64,000 nt of DNA from Candidatus Poribacteria bacterium (GTDB taxonomy: Bacteria > Poribacteria > WGA-4E > WGA-3G), in the NCBI GenBank assembly GCA_965242965.1, contig OZ251518.1:4064001-4128000 (forward strand). The letters run 5' to 3'. Below the pieces are notes generated by a model, which saw only the letters and a list, made by a program, of their open reading frames with translations, had not been told where the DNA came from and made no database searches. A program made the translations under genes and the position numbers. Below, in pieces: positions 18,121 through 27,437 of this stretch (within the stretch, counting starts at the first letter, position 1; every line of letters begins with the position of its first letter).

Positions 18121-20421
18121 ATGCTTGGCACGATGCCAAAAATAGGAATGGAGTATATGAACGTTTTTATCAAATCCCGAACGCCTTACCGATATTGGAA
18201 AATCTTCACATTTTTGCTGCTGAGTTGGGGATGCTCCCTCGCTTCTCAGCATGTCTCCGCCGACGAGATACAGGTGCATCTCGCGGGCAACAGTGCCTTC
18301 GCCGAGGTAGAAAAAGGCGATTACAAACGCGCTGTCTTGAAATTAGAGGCATTGTTGCGCGCAGACCGGACTGAACCGGAGAAGAAAGAAATCCATCACG
18401 TGCTCGGCTACTGCTATGAGAAGCTGCGGAATCGTCCAAAAGCGATTGGGAACTACGCCCGCGTCGCGTCGCGGACGTATCCGCTGGCCGATTGCGCCGT
18501 GTATCGGCTTGCCCGCCTCTATGCCGAGATGAAAGACGATGCGAAGGCAGTGAAATGGTATACGCACCTCGTGGAGGACTATCCGGCGAGTTTCTATCAC
18601 GCCGAGGCACAGTTCGCGTTGGCGCGCCTCCACCTCAAACGGAAAGAGTGGGCCGCCGCGAAGCCGTTGTTTGTCGCCCTACGCGAGGAGCCGCGCTACG
18701 CCAGAGAGGCGGCACAAGGTGCTGCCCGCTGTGATGAGGGCCTCGGCGACGCGGCTGCCGCCTTTGAGGCTTACCGTGCACTGCTGCATGCAAATGCTAC
18801 CGATGCTGTCGCCGAAGAGACGCTCGGCCGGTTTAAGTTGCTGGCGCGGACACATAAGAGCCTGAGGCTGAAAACGGCAGACCGGCTCATTTGCGGGCAA
18901 GTCTTCTTAAATCGTAAGAAATGGAAATTAGCGGTTGCGGAATTTCAGCGTATCGCCGCCACAAAAAACCTGAAACTTCGGGGGCAAGCGCGCTACTTGA
19001 TGGGACAGGCGTATCAGGGCCGGAAGTGGTATAACACCGCTATCAAGCAGTATAACGTCGTCATTGCCCTCGGTGGGAAGAGCGACTATTTGACGCGCGC
19101 GCACTACGAAAAAGCGGTATGCTATCAAAAGAAGGGGCACCTGAAAACCGCGACGAGTCAACTGAAACCCTTCACGCGTCTCTATCCGTGGAGCAGATTG
19201 CGCGATGACGCGCTCTATACCCTCGCGCAAATTTATCAAAAGCGCGGGAAATTAACGCTCGCCCGCGAAACGTATGCGCAGCTCATTGAAATCGCCCCAG
19301 AGAGTCCGTATGCAGATGTCGCCGCATGGCGCATCGGCTGGCAGCGGTTTGACGAGAAGCGTTATGAGGAGAGCTACAAGGCGTTTGAGGGATTGAAGGC
19401 GAACTTCCCCTGCAACCGCTATGCGATGGGCGCGCATTTTTGGATGGCGAAAATCCGTGAACGCCAAAACCAGCCAGAACTGGCGCGCGAAATCTACACC
19501 GAAGTGGCAACTGCAAACTACTGGTACTACAGTGCGAGAGCCAAAGCGATTCTCAAGATGAGCGAGGCCGAACTGGCACCGAGAGCCGTGCCGGACGAAG
19601 AATTGCCTGGCACCGCTGCGTGTCCGCCACAGGCGAAGGCACTCATGGCACTCCGGCTCTATGAAGACGCGATTATGCAGTTAAAGCACCACATTACCGC
19701 GCCGGATGTCCTGGCGGACACGGCATGTTTCTACGCGCTGATCGACTGTTATGAACGGCTGGCGCGCTACGATGAGGCCCGGAAGTTGGCGGAACAGGCA
19801 TTGAACAGCCCTATCTTCGCGAATCCTGACGCAGAGGAGACGAAGCAGTTGCGGCAATGGCTTTATCCGCGCTACTACGAACAACTCGTAGAGAAATACG
19901 CGAAAGCGCACAATGTAGACGCATACCTCATGTTTGCGATGATGTTGGAGGAAAGCCGCTATCGCGCCGATGCTGTCAGTTGGGCGGGGGCCATCGGGTT
20001 GATGCAGATTATGCCAGCGACAGGGAAAGAACTCGCACGGCAACTGAAAATCCGCCGATTCCGTTCCTCAATGCTGAAGCAACCGGAGGTGAACATCCGC
20101 ATGGGGGCGAAATATATCGCCTACCTCAACTCGCTGTTTGATGGCGATGCGATGCTCGTGACAGGGGCATATAACGGCGGCCCCGGCAGAATGAGCCGGT
20201 GGGTGAAGTCAAAGAAGATTGCGGATATTGATGAATTCGTTGAGAAAATCACGATTCGCGAAACCCGGTTGCATATTAAGAAAGTTATCAACAGTTACGA
20301 TAACTACGTTGAGATTTACGGGCGAGATGAGGCACCTGCGGTGAATTCTGCTCGCGACATGAAGCAGATTCGTCCCAGCAAACGGCTTGAGAGTCCGTTC
20401 ATCGGCCAGCGGAGCAATTAA
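18121..20421 (+). CDS. Soluble lytic transglycosylase with TPR superhelix
   Basis: TPR repeats, then an SLT domain: EESRY..DAVSWAGAIGLMQIMPATG, GAYNGGPG, RETRLHIKKV. Exact start uncertain. Confidence 0.9.
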   Translation: MLGTMPKIGMEYMNVFIKSRTPYRYWKIFTFLLLSWGCSLASQHVSADEIQVHLAGNSAFAEVEKGDYKRAVLKLEALLRADRTEPEKKEIHHVLGYCYEKLRNRPKAIGNYARVASRTYPLADCAVYRLARLYAEMKDDAKAVKWYTHLVEDYPASFYHAEAQFALARLHLKRKEWAAAKPLFVALREEPRYAREAAQGAARCDEGLGDAAAAFEAYRALLHANATDAVAEETLGRFKLLARTHKSLRLKTADRLICGQVFLNRKKWKLAVAEFQRIAATKNLKLRGQARYLMGQAYQGRKWYNTAIKQYNVVIALGGKSDYLTRAHYEKAVCYQKKGHLKTATSQLKPFTRLYPWSRLRDDALYTLAQIYQKRGKLTLARETYAQLIEIAPESPYADVAAWRIGWQRFDEKRYEESYKAFEGLKANFPCNRYAMGAHFWMAKIRERQNQPELAREIYTEVATANYWYYSARAKAILKMSEAELAPRAVPDEELPGTAACPPQAKALMALRLYEDAIMQLKHHITAPDVLADTACFYALIDCYERLARYDEARKLAEQALNSPIFANPDAEETKQLRQWLYPRYYEQLVEKYAKAHNVDAYLMFAMMLEESRYRADAVSWAGAIGLMQIMPATGKELARQLKIRRFRSSMLKQPEVNIRMGAKYIAYLNSLFDGDAMLVTGAYNGGPGRMSRWVKSKKIADIDEFVEKITIRETRLHIKKVINSYDNYVEIYGRDEAPAVNSARDMKQIRPSKRLESPFIGQRSN

Positions 20422-20540
20422 GCACTGACGGCATACCGTAGGGTGATAGGGTGACACCTCGTAAATCGGGAAACCCTTAGATAGCGTGGCGAGGGACAGG
20501 CCCTCACCCTACTGTCTCTTGGCGATAGGGTTCGTGTTAT

Positions 20541-20618
20541 TCTTATTAACGTTAGGGCGCGCAAACGTTAATAACGCCATATCTTATTAACGTTAGGGCG
20601 CGCAAACGTTAATAACGC
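20541..20618. repeat. Two identical 37-bp repeats, each containing an 11-bp perfect inverted repeat (putative operator)
   Basis: TCTTATTAACGTTAGGGCGCGCAAACGTTAATAACGC at 20541-20577 and 20582-20618. Confidence 0.85.
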
Positions 20619-20647
20619 TAATTACCGTAATAGGAGGTGATAGGGAT

Positions 20648-21832
20648 ATGACTCCGAAAGACTTCAGAGATTCAAGTGCAGGGAGGTGTCTTCGCAGTGG
20701 CCGTCGTCCTACCTATTGGGCATTTGTGCCCAATCCACTGCCTCCCAATATCAAAGTGGATTGGGAATTAGCAACGCTTTTATCAGCGGCAAACGGCAAA
20801 CTTGGGGAGTTATCTGGGGCGGGGCAACTGCTTCCAAACCCGCATTTGTTAATCAACCCGTTTATTCGGCGTGAGGCAGTAACAAGTTCTAGAATTGAAA
20901 ATACGCAATCGGGATTAGAGGAGCTCTTTCTATTTGAAGCGGATGAAACGCAGCCGCCGGCGATACCGGATGTCCAAGAGGTTGTCAATTACGTGAGAGC
21001 CATGGAGTACGGCATCCAGAGGATGCAGGCGTTGCCGTTGAGTTCAAGGTTTCTCTGCGAAATACACGAGATTCTGATGAGGGGTGTCCGTGGGGAACAC
21101 GCAACGCCGGGGTTCCTGCGGACAAGCCAGAATTGGATTGGGAGTCCTGGATGCAGCTTGATGGACGCGACGTATGTTCCACCGCCGGTTCCCGAGATGA
21201 AGCAATGTTTTTCAGATTTAGAAAAATACATCCATTCCGATGCGAGGGAGCCCGCGCTGATTCAATGCGCGCTCGTTCATTACCAATTTGAGGCAATTCA
21301 CCCGTTCGTTGATGGAAACGGAAGAATCGGCAGGCTGCTTATCACCCTCATGCTCTTAGAGAAAAAGTTGTTATCGCAGCCGATGCTCTATCTCTCGGAT
21401 TTTTTTGAGGCGCATAGAGAAGCGTATTATCAATCGCTGTTGGATGTCAGCCAGAAGGGAAATTGGAAAGGATGGCTTACATTTTTCTTAAATGGCGTTC
21501 GCCAGCAGTCGGAGGCGGCACTTTTGACGACGCAAAACTTACTGGCATTGAACGAGGAATACCGGGAAATTGCAAAAGCACCGAAGGTGCCGAAATCTGT
21601 AAATCTGCTAGTCGAACGATTATTCGGAAAACCTATCGTCTCAATTTCGGAATTAACGAAGACTTCGGGAATGTCGTATCCTACCGTTCAGCGCGGGGCG
21701 GATTACCTTATTGAACGAGGCAAACTCCGAGAAATCACAGGGAAGCGACGGAACCGTTTGTTTGTTGCAGATGAAATCCTCAATATTATCAGGAGCGAAC
21801 GAACGCAATCGGTGTGTTCTGAAGCCAATTAA
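20648..21832 (+). CDS. Fic family protein with C-terminal HTH-like region
   Basis: EAVTSSRIENT, HYQFEAIHPFVDGNGRIGR; SD AGGAGG. Confidence 0.93.
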   Translation: MTPKDFRDSSAGRCLRSGRRPTYWAFVPNPLPPNIKVDWELATLLSAANGKLGELSGAGQLLPNPHLLINPFIRREAVTSSRIENTQSGLEELFLFEADETQPPAIPDVQEVVNYVRAMEYGIQRMQALPLSSRFLCEIHEILMRGVRGEHATPGFLRTSQNWIGSPGCSLMDATYVPPPVPEMKQCFSDLEKYIHSDAREPALIQCALVHYQFEAIHPFVDGNGRIGRLLITLMLLEKKLLSQPMLYLSDFFEAHREAYYQSLLDVSQKGNWKGWLTFFLNGVRQQSEAALLTTQNLLALNEEYREIAKAPKVPKSVNLLVERLFGKPIVSISELTKTSGMSYPTVQRGADYLIERGKLREITGKRRNRLFVADEILNIIRSERTQSVCSEAN

Positions 21833-21859
21833 TTTTCAAAGCAGCAAAGCGGCACATCA

Positions 21860-23512
21860 CTAACCCTCTAATACTATCAACTGCGGTGACTTGCCTCGGG
21901 TGAGGATGATACGACGGTGCCATGTCGTATCGTCTTTCTCCGGGAAATCTGAACGGTAGTGCGCGCCGCGACTCTCCGTCCGGAGAAGTGCCGCCGCCGT
22001 GATACATCGGGCGACATCCAGCATATTCGTGGCTTCGTATTTTTTGTAGTTCGCAATGCATTCGGCAGACATACCTGCGGTTGTCACATCTTGCATTTCT
22101 TTTCGGCGAGTTGTGCCGGCGAGTTGTTGCAATTCCGCAACCGTTTCCTGTAACCCTTCCTCATCGCGTTCAATACCAACGTTTTTCCAGAGTGTCTCCT
22201 GAATCGTGTGTGTTATGTCTTCAACCCAGTCGGCGGTGATATGGGCAGTGTGAGGTGTATCGCTGTCGGCGTGTAAAAAGCCTGCTGTCTCGGTTTGCGC
22301 GAAAGTTGCGGCATTAGTGCCAGCGCGCGCGCCATAGACGAGGCATTCCAACAGCGAATTGCTCGCCAAGCGATTCGCGCCGTGCACCCCGGTGCATGCG
22401 ACTTCGCCGCATGCATAGAGTCCGCGCACGTTCGTTTCTGCTTCTGTGTTGGAGCGGATACCGCCCATCATAAAATGCGCGCCGGGACGGACAGGAATGA
22501 GGTCTGTGCGGATATCGAGTCCGTAGCGTTGTGTTGTCTCGAAAATTGTCGGGAAGCGTTCAACGATAAATTCAGCCGGTTTATGGGTAATGTCAAGATA
22601 GACGCACGGGAACCCGGTTAGGTGCATTTCCGTATGGATGGCACGGCTGACGACATCGCGCGGTGCGAGTTCGCCGAGTTCATGGTATTTCTCCATGAAG
22701 CGTTCGCCGCGGATAGAGATGAGTTTTCCGCCTTCGCCGCGCACTGCCTCGGAGATGAGGAAATGAGGCGCGCCGTCAAGAAAGAGCGTCGTCGGGTGGA
22801 ATTGCACGAACTCCATGTCAATGAGTTCGCACCCGGCTCGCCACGCCGCAGCGATGCCGTCGCCGGTGGCGACTTCGGGGTTAGATGTGCAGGGATAGAG
22901 ACGGCCGAGCCCGCCTGTCGCTAGAATCGTCGCTTTGGCGCGGAGCGCGACGTGCTTGCCTTCAACGATAGCCAGCGCGCCATAACACTGGTTTTCCGCT
23001 GTCAGCACCTCAAGCGCGAAGGCGTTGGTGAGGACGTGTATGCCTTCCGTGTTGAGCACCTGTTGCACCAAGACATCGGTTGTCTCCCTACCGGTGGCAT
23101 CGCCTTTATGGACGATGCGGCGGCGGCTATGGGCGGCTTCTCGCGTGAACCGCGGCAGTGTGCCTTCCCAATCAAAAGCAGCACCCCAGTCAATAAGTTC
23201 AGCGACGCGCGGAACCCCTTCGGCTACCAACGTTTCAACAGCCGAAACGTCGCAGAGGCCAGCACCAGCGACGAGCGTGTCTTGGACATGGAGCGCGAGG
23301 GTATCGTCCACGTTCATGGCGACAGCGATGCCTCCCTGCGCATAGCGGGTGTTGCTCTCCTTGAGGACAGACTTCGTCAGCAAGGTTACGTTAACGCCGG
23401 GCACAGCGGCGGCAGCGAGTGCCGCGCGTAAACCAGCAGCACCGCTACCGATAATAAGAACGTCGGTGTTACGAACTTCCGGAATACAAGCGCGCTCAGG
23501 GATACTCATCAC
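21860..23512 (-). CDS. nadB: L-aspartate oxidase
   Basis: IIGSGAAG, SNTRYAQGGIA, REAAHSRRRIVH, EFVQFHPT, ELAPRDVVSR, HGANRLASNSLLE, ESRGAHYRSD. Confidence 0.93.
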   Translation of the reverse strand: MMSIPERACIPEVRNTDVLIIGSGAAGLRAALAAAAVPGVNVTLLTKSVLKESNTRYAQGGIAVAMNVDDTLALHVQDTLVAGAGLCDVSAVETLVAEGVPRVAELIDWGAAFDWEGTLPRFTREAAHSRRRIVHKGDATGRETTDVLVQQVLNTEGIHVLTNAFALEVLTAENQCYGALAIVEGKHVALRAKATILATGGLGRLYPCTSNPEVATGDGIAAAWRAGCELIDMEFVQFHPTTLFLDGAPHFLISEAVRGEGGKLISIRGERFMEKYHELGELAPRDVVSRAIHTEMHLTGFPCVYLDITHKPAEFIVERFPTIFETTQRYGLDIRTDLIPVRPGAHFMMGGIRSNTEAETNVRGLYACGEVACTGVHGANRLASNSLLECLVYGARAGTNAATFAQTETAGFLHADSDTPHTAHITADWVEDITHTIQETLWKNVGIERDEEGLQETVAELQQLAGTTRRKEMQDVTTAGMSAECIANYKKYEATNMLDVARCITAAALLRTESRGAHYRSDFPEKDDTTWHRRIILTRGKSPQLIVLEG

Positions 23513-23595
23513 TCATTCACCTCTGCACAAAAACGTAGATATTGACAACGTCAATATCGGATAAACGGAGAGAGACGTTTGGCATACGTTTACCG

Positions 23596-24006
23596 TTATC
23601 GAACGCCTCGCGAATAACGAAAAACTTTTCCGTTAGCGGTAGCGATGAGCGTGCCATCGGGTAACGTGACAGCCGCCTCGGCAAGCACCAACCGTCGTGA
23701 TGCTTTCGTCCGTTTTGCCGATACGGTGAGTTTCACCCCGGTCGGCGATGGGTTTCGGAATCGGACATCAAGCTGCGCAGTGACAGCCGGTTTCCCGAAC
23801 GTGGCGATGCCGACGTAGGTTATCGCTTCATCAAGCAAGGTGCTGATAATGCCGCCGTGGAGGACATCAGCCCAGCCTTGCAGGTGCGAAGGTGGCGTGC
23901 ATTCAATTGTCACCGTCTCACCCCCGTCGCTGATTTGCGGTTTCACCTGCAAACCGAACGGATTTTTTATGCCGCACACGAAGCAAAAATCGTTATTTTC
24001 CAACAT
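23596..24006 (-). CDS. PaaI family thioesterase
   Basis: CFVCG..NPFGL, VLHGGIISTLLDE. Confidence 0.88.
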   Translation of the reverse strand: MLENNDFCFVCGIKNPFGLQVKPQISDGGETVTIECTPPSHLQGWADVLHGGIISTLLDEAITYVGIATFGKPAVTAQLDVRFRNPSPTGVKLTVSAKRTKASRRLVLAEAAVTLPDGTLIATANGKVFRYSRGVR

Positions 24007-26692
24007 CGGCTGTTTTCCCTTCGCTTTGCGTCAATACAGATAAACTGCGCGAGAGTTTCGCCTCTTCTGCTAATAGGCGTTCTAAATGCTCGCGTTTTTG
24101 TGCGACAACTTTTTCGGGAGCACGCTGGAGGAAGTTGGGGTTCTCCAACGTCTTCTGGGCCACTGCCACATCCTTGACTGCCTGTTGGTGCCGCTTATTC
24201 AGGCGGGCGCGTTCTGCGTCCAAATCGATGACACCAGCCAGTGGTATATAAAGCACCAACTCGCCGATAACTGCCTCGGCGGAAGCCGGCGGTTTCTGCA
24301 CCGTCTCTGCCACAGTGATGTCTTTCACCTTTGTAAACGCAGGAAGATAGTGACTAAGATGTGTCGCGAGCTGCTCGCGTAAGTTGGCATCGGGCGATTG
24401 GATGAGGACTTCCACCGATGCACCGAGCGGCACGTTCAGTTCACCGCGGATGCTCCGCACACTCTCAATTACCGTCATCACTGCCGCCATCGTCGCCTCT
24501 GCTTCTGGATGCGCACCTGCCGGTTCTGGCCAAGGGGCGATGCAGACAGATTTTTTGTCATTTGCCGCGCCTGTTCCATCATCTTGGTTGAGTTGCTGCC
24601 AGAGCTCCTCACTCAAAAACGGCATGAAGGGGTGCAAGAGGCGCATCGTCTGTTCCAGGACATCGGCGGCTACCCAGAGTGCTTGGGGTTCGCCGCGCGC
24701 GAGTCGCTGTTTGACACATTCAAGATACCAATCGCAGAATTCGTGCCAGAGGAACGCGTAGACTGTCTGTGCTGCTTCGTAGAAACGGAAATTCTCAAGC
24801 GCGTCGGTTGTCGTAGCAATCGCGTGGCTCAAGCGGCTGCGTATCCATTCAACTTCTAATGGCGTGCTATCGCGATTGGGAATTGCGCCTATCGGATGCT
24901 CCTTCAGATTCATCAGCGTGAACCGGGCGGCGTTCCAGATTTTATTGGCAAACCGTTTGCCTGCCTCAATCTGCGATTCGAGCAAAGGGACATACGGGTT
25001 CGGTGTGCTGGCAATCGCCAAGGCAAACCGGAACGCATCGGTGCCGTAGGTGGCAATCGTCTCAAGCGGATTGATGATATTCCCCTTGGATTTGCTCATC
25101 TTCTGTCCCTTCTCATCAGCAACGAGGCCGTGCAGATAGACGGTGCGGAACGGCACCTCGTCCAGACACCCGAGCCCGAGCATCATCATGCGTGCCACCC
25201 AAAAAAAGAGGATATCCCAGCCGGTGACGAGAACAGAAGTCGGATAGAAGGTGTCAAGTTCCGCAGTTTTTTCGGGCCACCCCATCGTGGCGAACGGCCA
25301 GAGGCCAGAACTGAACCACATGTCTAGCACATCTTCGTCTTGCCGCAGTTCGGTGCCTCCGCACGTTTCGCACGTTTGCGGGGTGTCCATAGCGGCGATG
25401 ACAGCATCGCATGCATCGCAATACCAGATGGGGATGCGGTGTCCCCACCACCGCTGACGCGACAGCGTCCACGGTTCAATGTTCTCCATCCAGTGAATGA
25501 AGCGCGCTGTCTCACGTTCCGGGATAAACTTCACATCACCATTTTGGGCGGCGGCGAGGGCGCGTTTGGACAGCGGACGAACATCCATGAACCACTGCAA
25601 CGAAATGGCAGGTTCAATAATCGTGCCGCACCTGTCGTGATGGCCAACGGCATGTCGATGCGGAACGATTTTGACGAGGTATCCCTGCTCGCGCAAATCG
25701 GCGACGACGCGCTCACGGCATTCCCAGCGGGATAAACCGAGGTAGGGTTCACCGGCGTGCTCGTTCATGCAGCCATCTTTCGTGAAAATCGTCCGCTGTG
25801 CTAAATCGTGCCGCAAGCCTATCTCATAATCGTTCGCGTCGTGTCCCGGTGTCACCTTCAGGGCACCGGTACCAAACTCGGTATCAACATAAGCATCACC
25901 GATGATGGGAATCTCGCGCTCTTGTAAGGGGAGCGTCACCGCTTTACCGATGAGGTGCCGGTAACGTTCGTCTTCAGGATGCACGGCAACGGCGGTGTCA
26001 CCTAACATCGTCTCGGGACGCGTCGTCGCAATTTCCAAAAACGCAGCCCCATCGGCACCCGAGTCCACGCCGACAACCGGGTAACGGATGTGATAGAAAT
26101 GTCCATCTACCTCTATCGGTTCAACTTCAAGGTTGCTGACAGCGGTGTTGCATTCCGGGCACCAATTCACCATGTAAGTATCACGATAGATGAGGCCCTG
26201 CTCATAAAAGCGGACGAAGGCGGTGCGGACGGCTTGAGAAAGTCCCTCATCAAGCGTAAACCGCTCGCGCTCCCAATCACAGGAGCATCCGAGGTGTCTG
26301 AGTTGAGAGAGGATAGTGCCGCCGGATTCTGCCTTCCACTGCCACACGCGCTCAATGAACTTTTCGCGGCCAAGCACCGCTTTGCTGGTGCCTTCCTCGG
26401 CGAGTTGTTGCTCAACGATAAGCTCCGTGATAATGCCGGCGTGGTCCGTCCCAGGCATCCACAGGGTATTATACCCCTGCATACGTCGCCAGCGAATGAG
26501 ACAGTCTTGGAGCGTATTGTCCAGCGCGTGCCCGATGTGCAAGCTGCCCGTGATATTGGGGGGTGGAATCACGATGGCATAGGGCGGCTTCTCCGATGTC
26601 GCCTCGGCGTGAAAATAGCCGTTTTCTTGCCAAAATTGATACCATTTCCCCTCAATGTGCTGAGGTTCGTAAGTTTTTGGAAGATGTGTCAT
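23993..26692 (-). CDS. valS: Valine--tRNA ligase
   Basis: PPPNITGSLHIGH, PGTDHAGI, ATTRPETMLGD, KMSKS, C-terminal coiled coil. Confidence 0.97.
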   Translation of the reverse strand: MTHLPKTYEPQHIEGKWYQFWQENGYFHAEATSEKPPYAIVIPPPNITGSLHIGHALDNTLQDCLIRWRRMQGYNTLWMPGTDHAGIITELIVEQQLAEEGTSKAVLGREKFIERVWQWKAESGGTILSQLRHLGCSCDWERERFTLDEGLSQAVRTAFVRFYEQGLIYRDTYMVNWCPECNTAVSNLEVEPIEVDGHFYHIRYPVVGVDSGADGAAFLEIATTRPETMLGDTAVAVHPEDERYRHLIGKAVTLPLQEREIPIIGDAYVDTEFGTGALKVTPGHDANDYEIGLRHDLAQRTIFTKDGCMNEHAGEPYLGLSRWECRERVVADLREQGYLVKIVPHRHAVGHHDRCGTIIEPAISLQWFMDVRPLSKRALAAAQNGDVKFIPERETARFIHWMENIEPWTLSRQRWWGHRIPIWYCDACDAVIAAMDTPQTCETCGGTELRQDEDVLDMWFSSGLWPFATMGWPEKTAELDTFYPTSVLVTGWDILFFWVARMMMLGLGCLDEVPFRTVYLHGLVADEKGQKMSKSKGNIINPLETIATYGTDAFRFALAIASTPNPYVPLLESQIEAGKRFANKIWNAARFTLMNLKEHPIGAIPNRDSTPLEVEWIRSRLSHAIATTTDALENFRFYEAAQTVYAFLWHEFCDWYLECVKQRLARGEPQALWVAADVLEQTMRLLHPFMPFLSEELWQQLNQDDGTGAANDKKSVCIAPWPEPAGAHPEAEATMAAVMTVIESVRSIRGELNVPLGASVEVLIQSPDANLREQLATHLSHYLPAFTKVKDITVAETVQKPPASAEAVIGELVLYIPLAGVIDLDAERARLNKRHQQAVKDVAVAQKTLENPNFLQRAPEKVVAQKREHLERLLAEEAKLSRSLSVLTQSEGKTADVGK

Positions 26693-26694
26693 GG

Positions 26695-27264
26695 TTACGT
26701 AAAAAGCGGGGCTACCCACCCGTACTCGCCTCCTTCGGTTTGATAAAGCAGATTCACCTGCCGAGTGTCGGCGTTTAAGAAGAGGAGCAGTGTATCACCT
26801 GCGGTGTGGAGTTCGGTTGCGGCTTCCATCACCGTCATCGGTTTCGCGGCGAATTTCTCCGGTGCTTCAATGATGCGCGGGGTTTCCGCGGCAGCCAAAG
26901 CCTCGGTTTCGTGAAGTTCCTCCGTTTCCGGTGGATTGAGATGCGCGACGACATCGCGATGCGGGAGTTTTCCGTGCCGCCGGTCCTTCACGCGCTCCCG
27001 GTAACGGCGAATTTGGCTGAGGATTTTGTCCGTTACCGCATCCAGGGACGCGAAAAGTTCGTGCGCCCGGCTCTCAGCGTGAAACGCGGCACGGGCAGCG
27101 GTGACGTTCATCTCCGCCTCAAAACGGTGCTTTTCAGCGGTGATGACGACGTGGAGTTCAAGCAGCGAACCGAATCGAGCCTCGATTTTATCCGCACGTT
27201 TTTGTAAATGGGCCCGGATATCGTCCGTAATTGTCAGATGGCGGCCCGTAATGGTGACTTTCAT
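26695..27264 (-). CDS. hpf: Ribosome hibernation promoting factor (long HPF)
   Basis: MKVTITGRHL.ITD, KPMTVMEA, FLNADTRQVNLLY..GG.YG; downstream of rpoN. Confidence 0.9.
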   Translation of the reverse strand: MKVTITGRHLTITDDIRAHLQKRADKIEARFGSLLELHVVITAEKHRFEAEMNVTAARAAFHAESRAHELFASLDAVTDKILSQIRRYRERVKDRRHGKLPHRDVVAHLNPPETEELHETEALAAAETPRIIEAPEKFAAKPMTVMEAATELHTAGDTLLLFLNADTRQVNLLYQTEGGEYGWVAPLFT

Positions 27265-27437
27265 AAATTACCTCCCTGGTAGGAGGGACAGCCTTGTCCC
27301 GATGTATTAATCGAGACAGGGAAGGCACTCCTACAAACTTAAGTAGCATCGAAAACGTAGATATTGACAACGTCAATATCGGCTTACGTAATAAGACGCA
27401 CTTACAACAAAAACCCTCATCGAACGCCTTGCGAACA

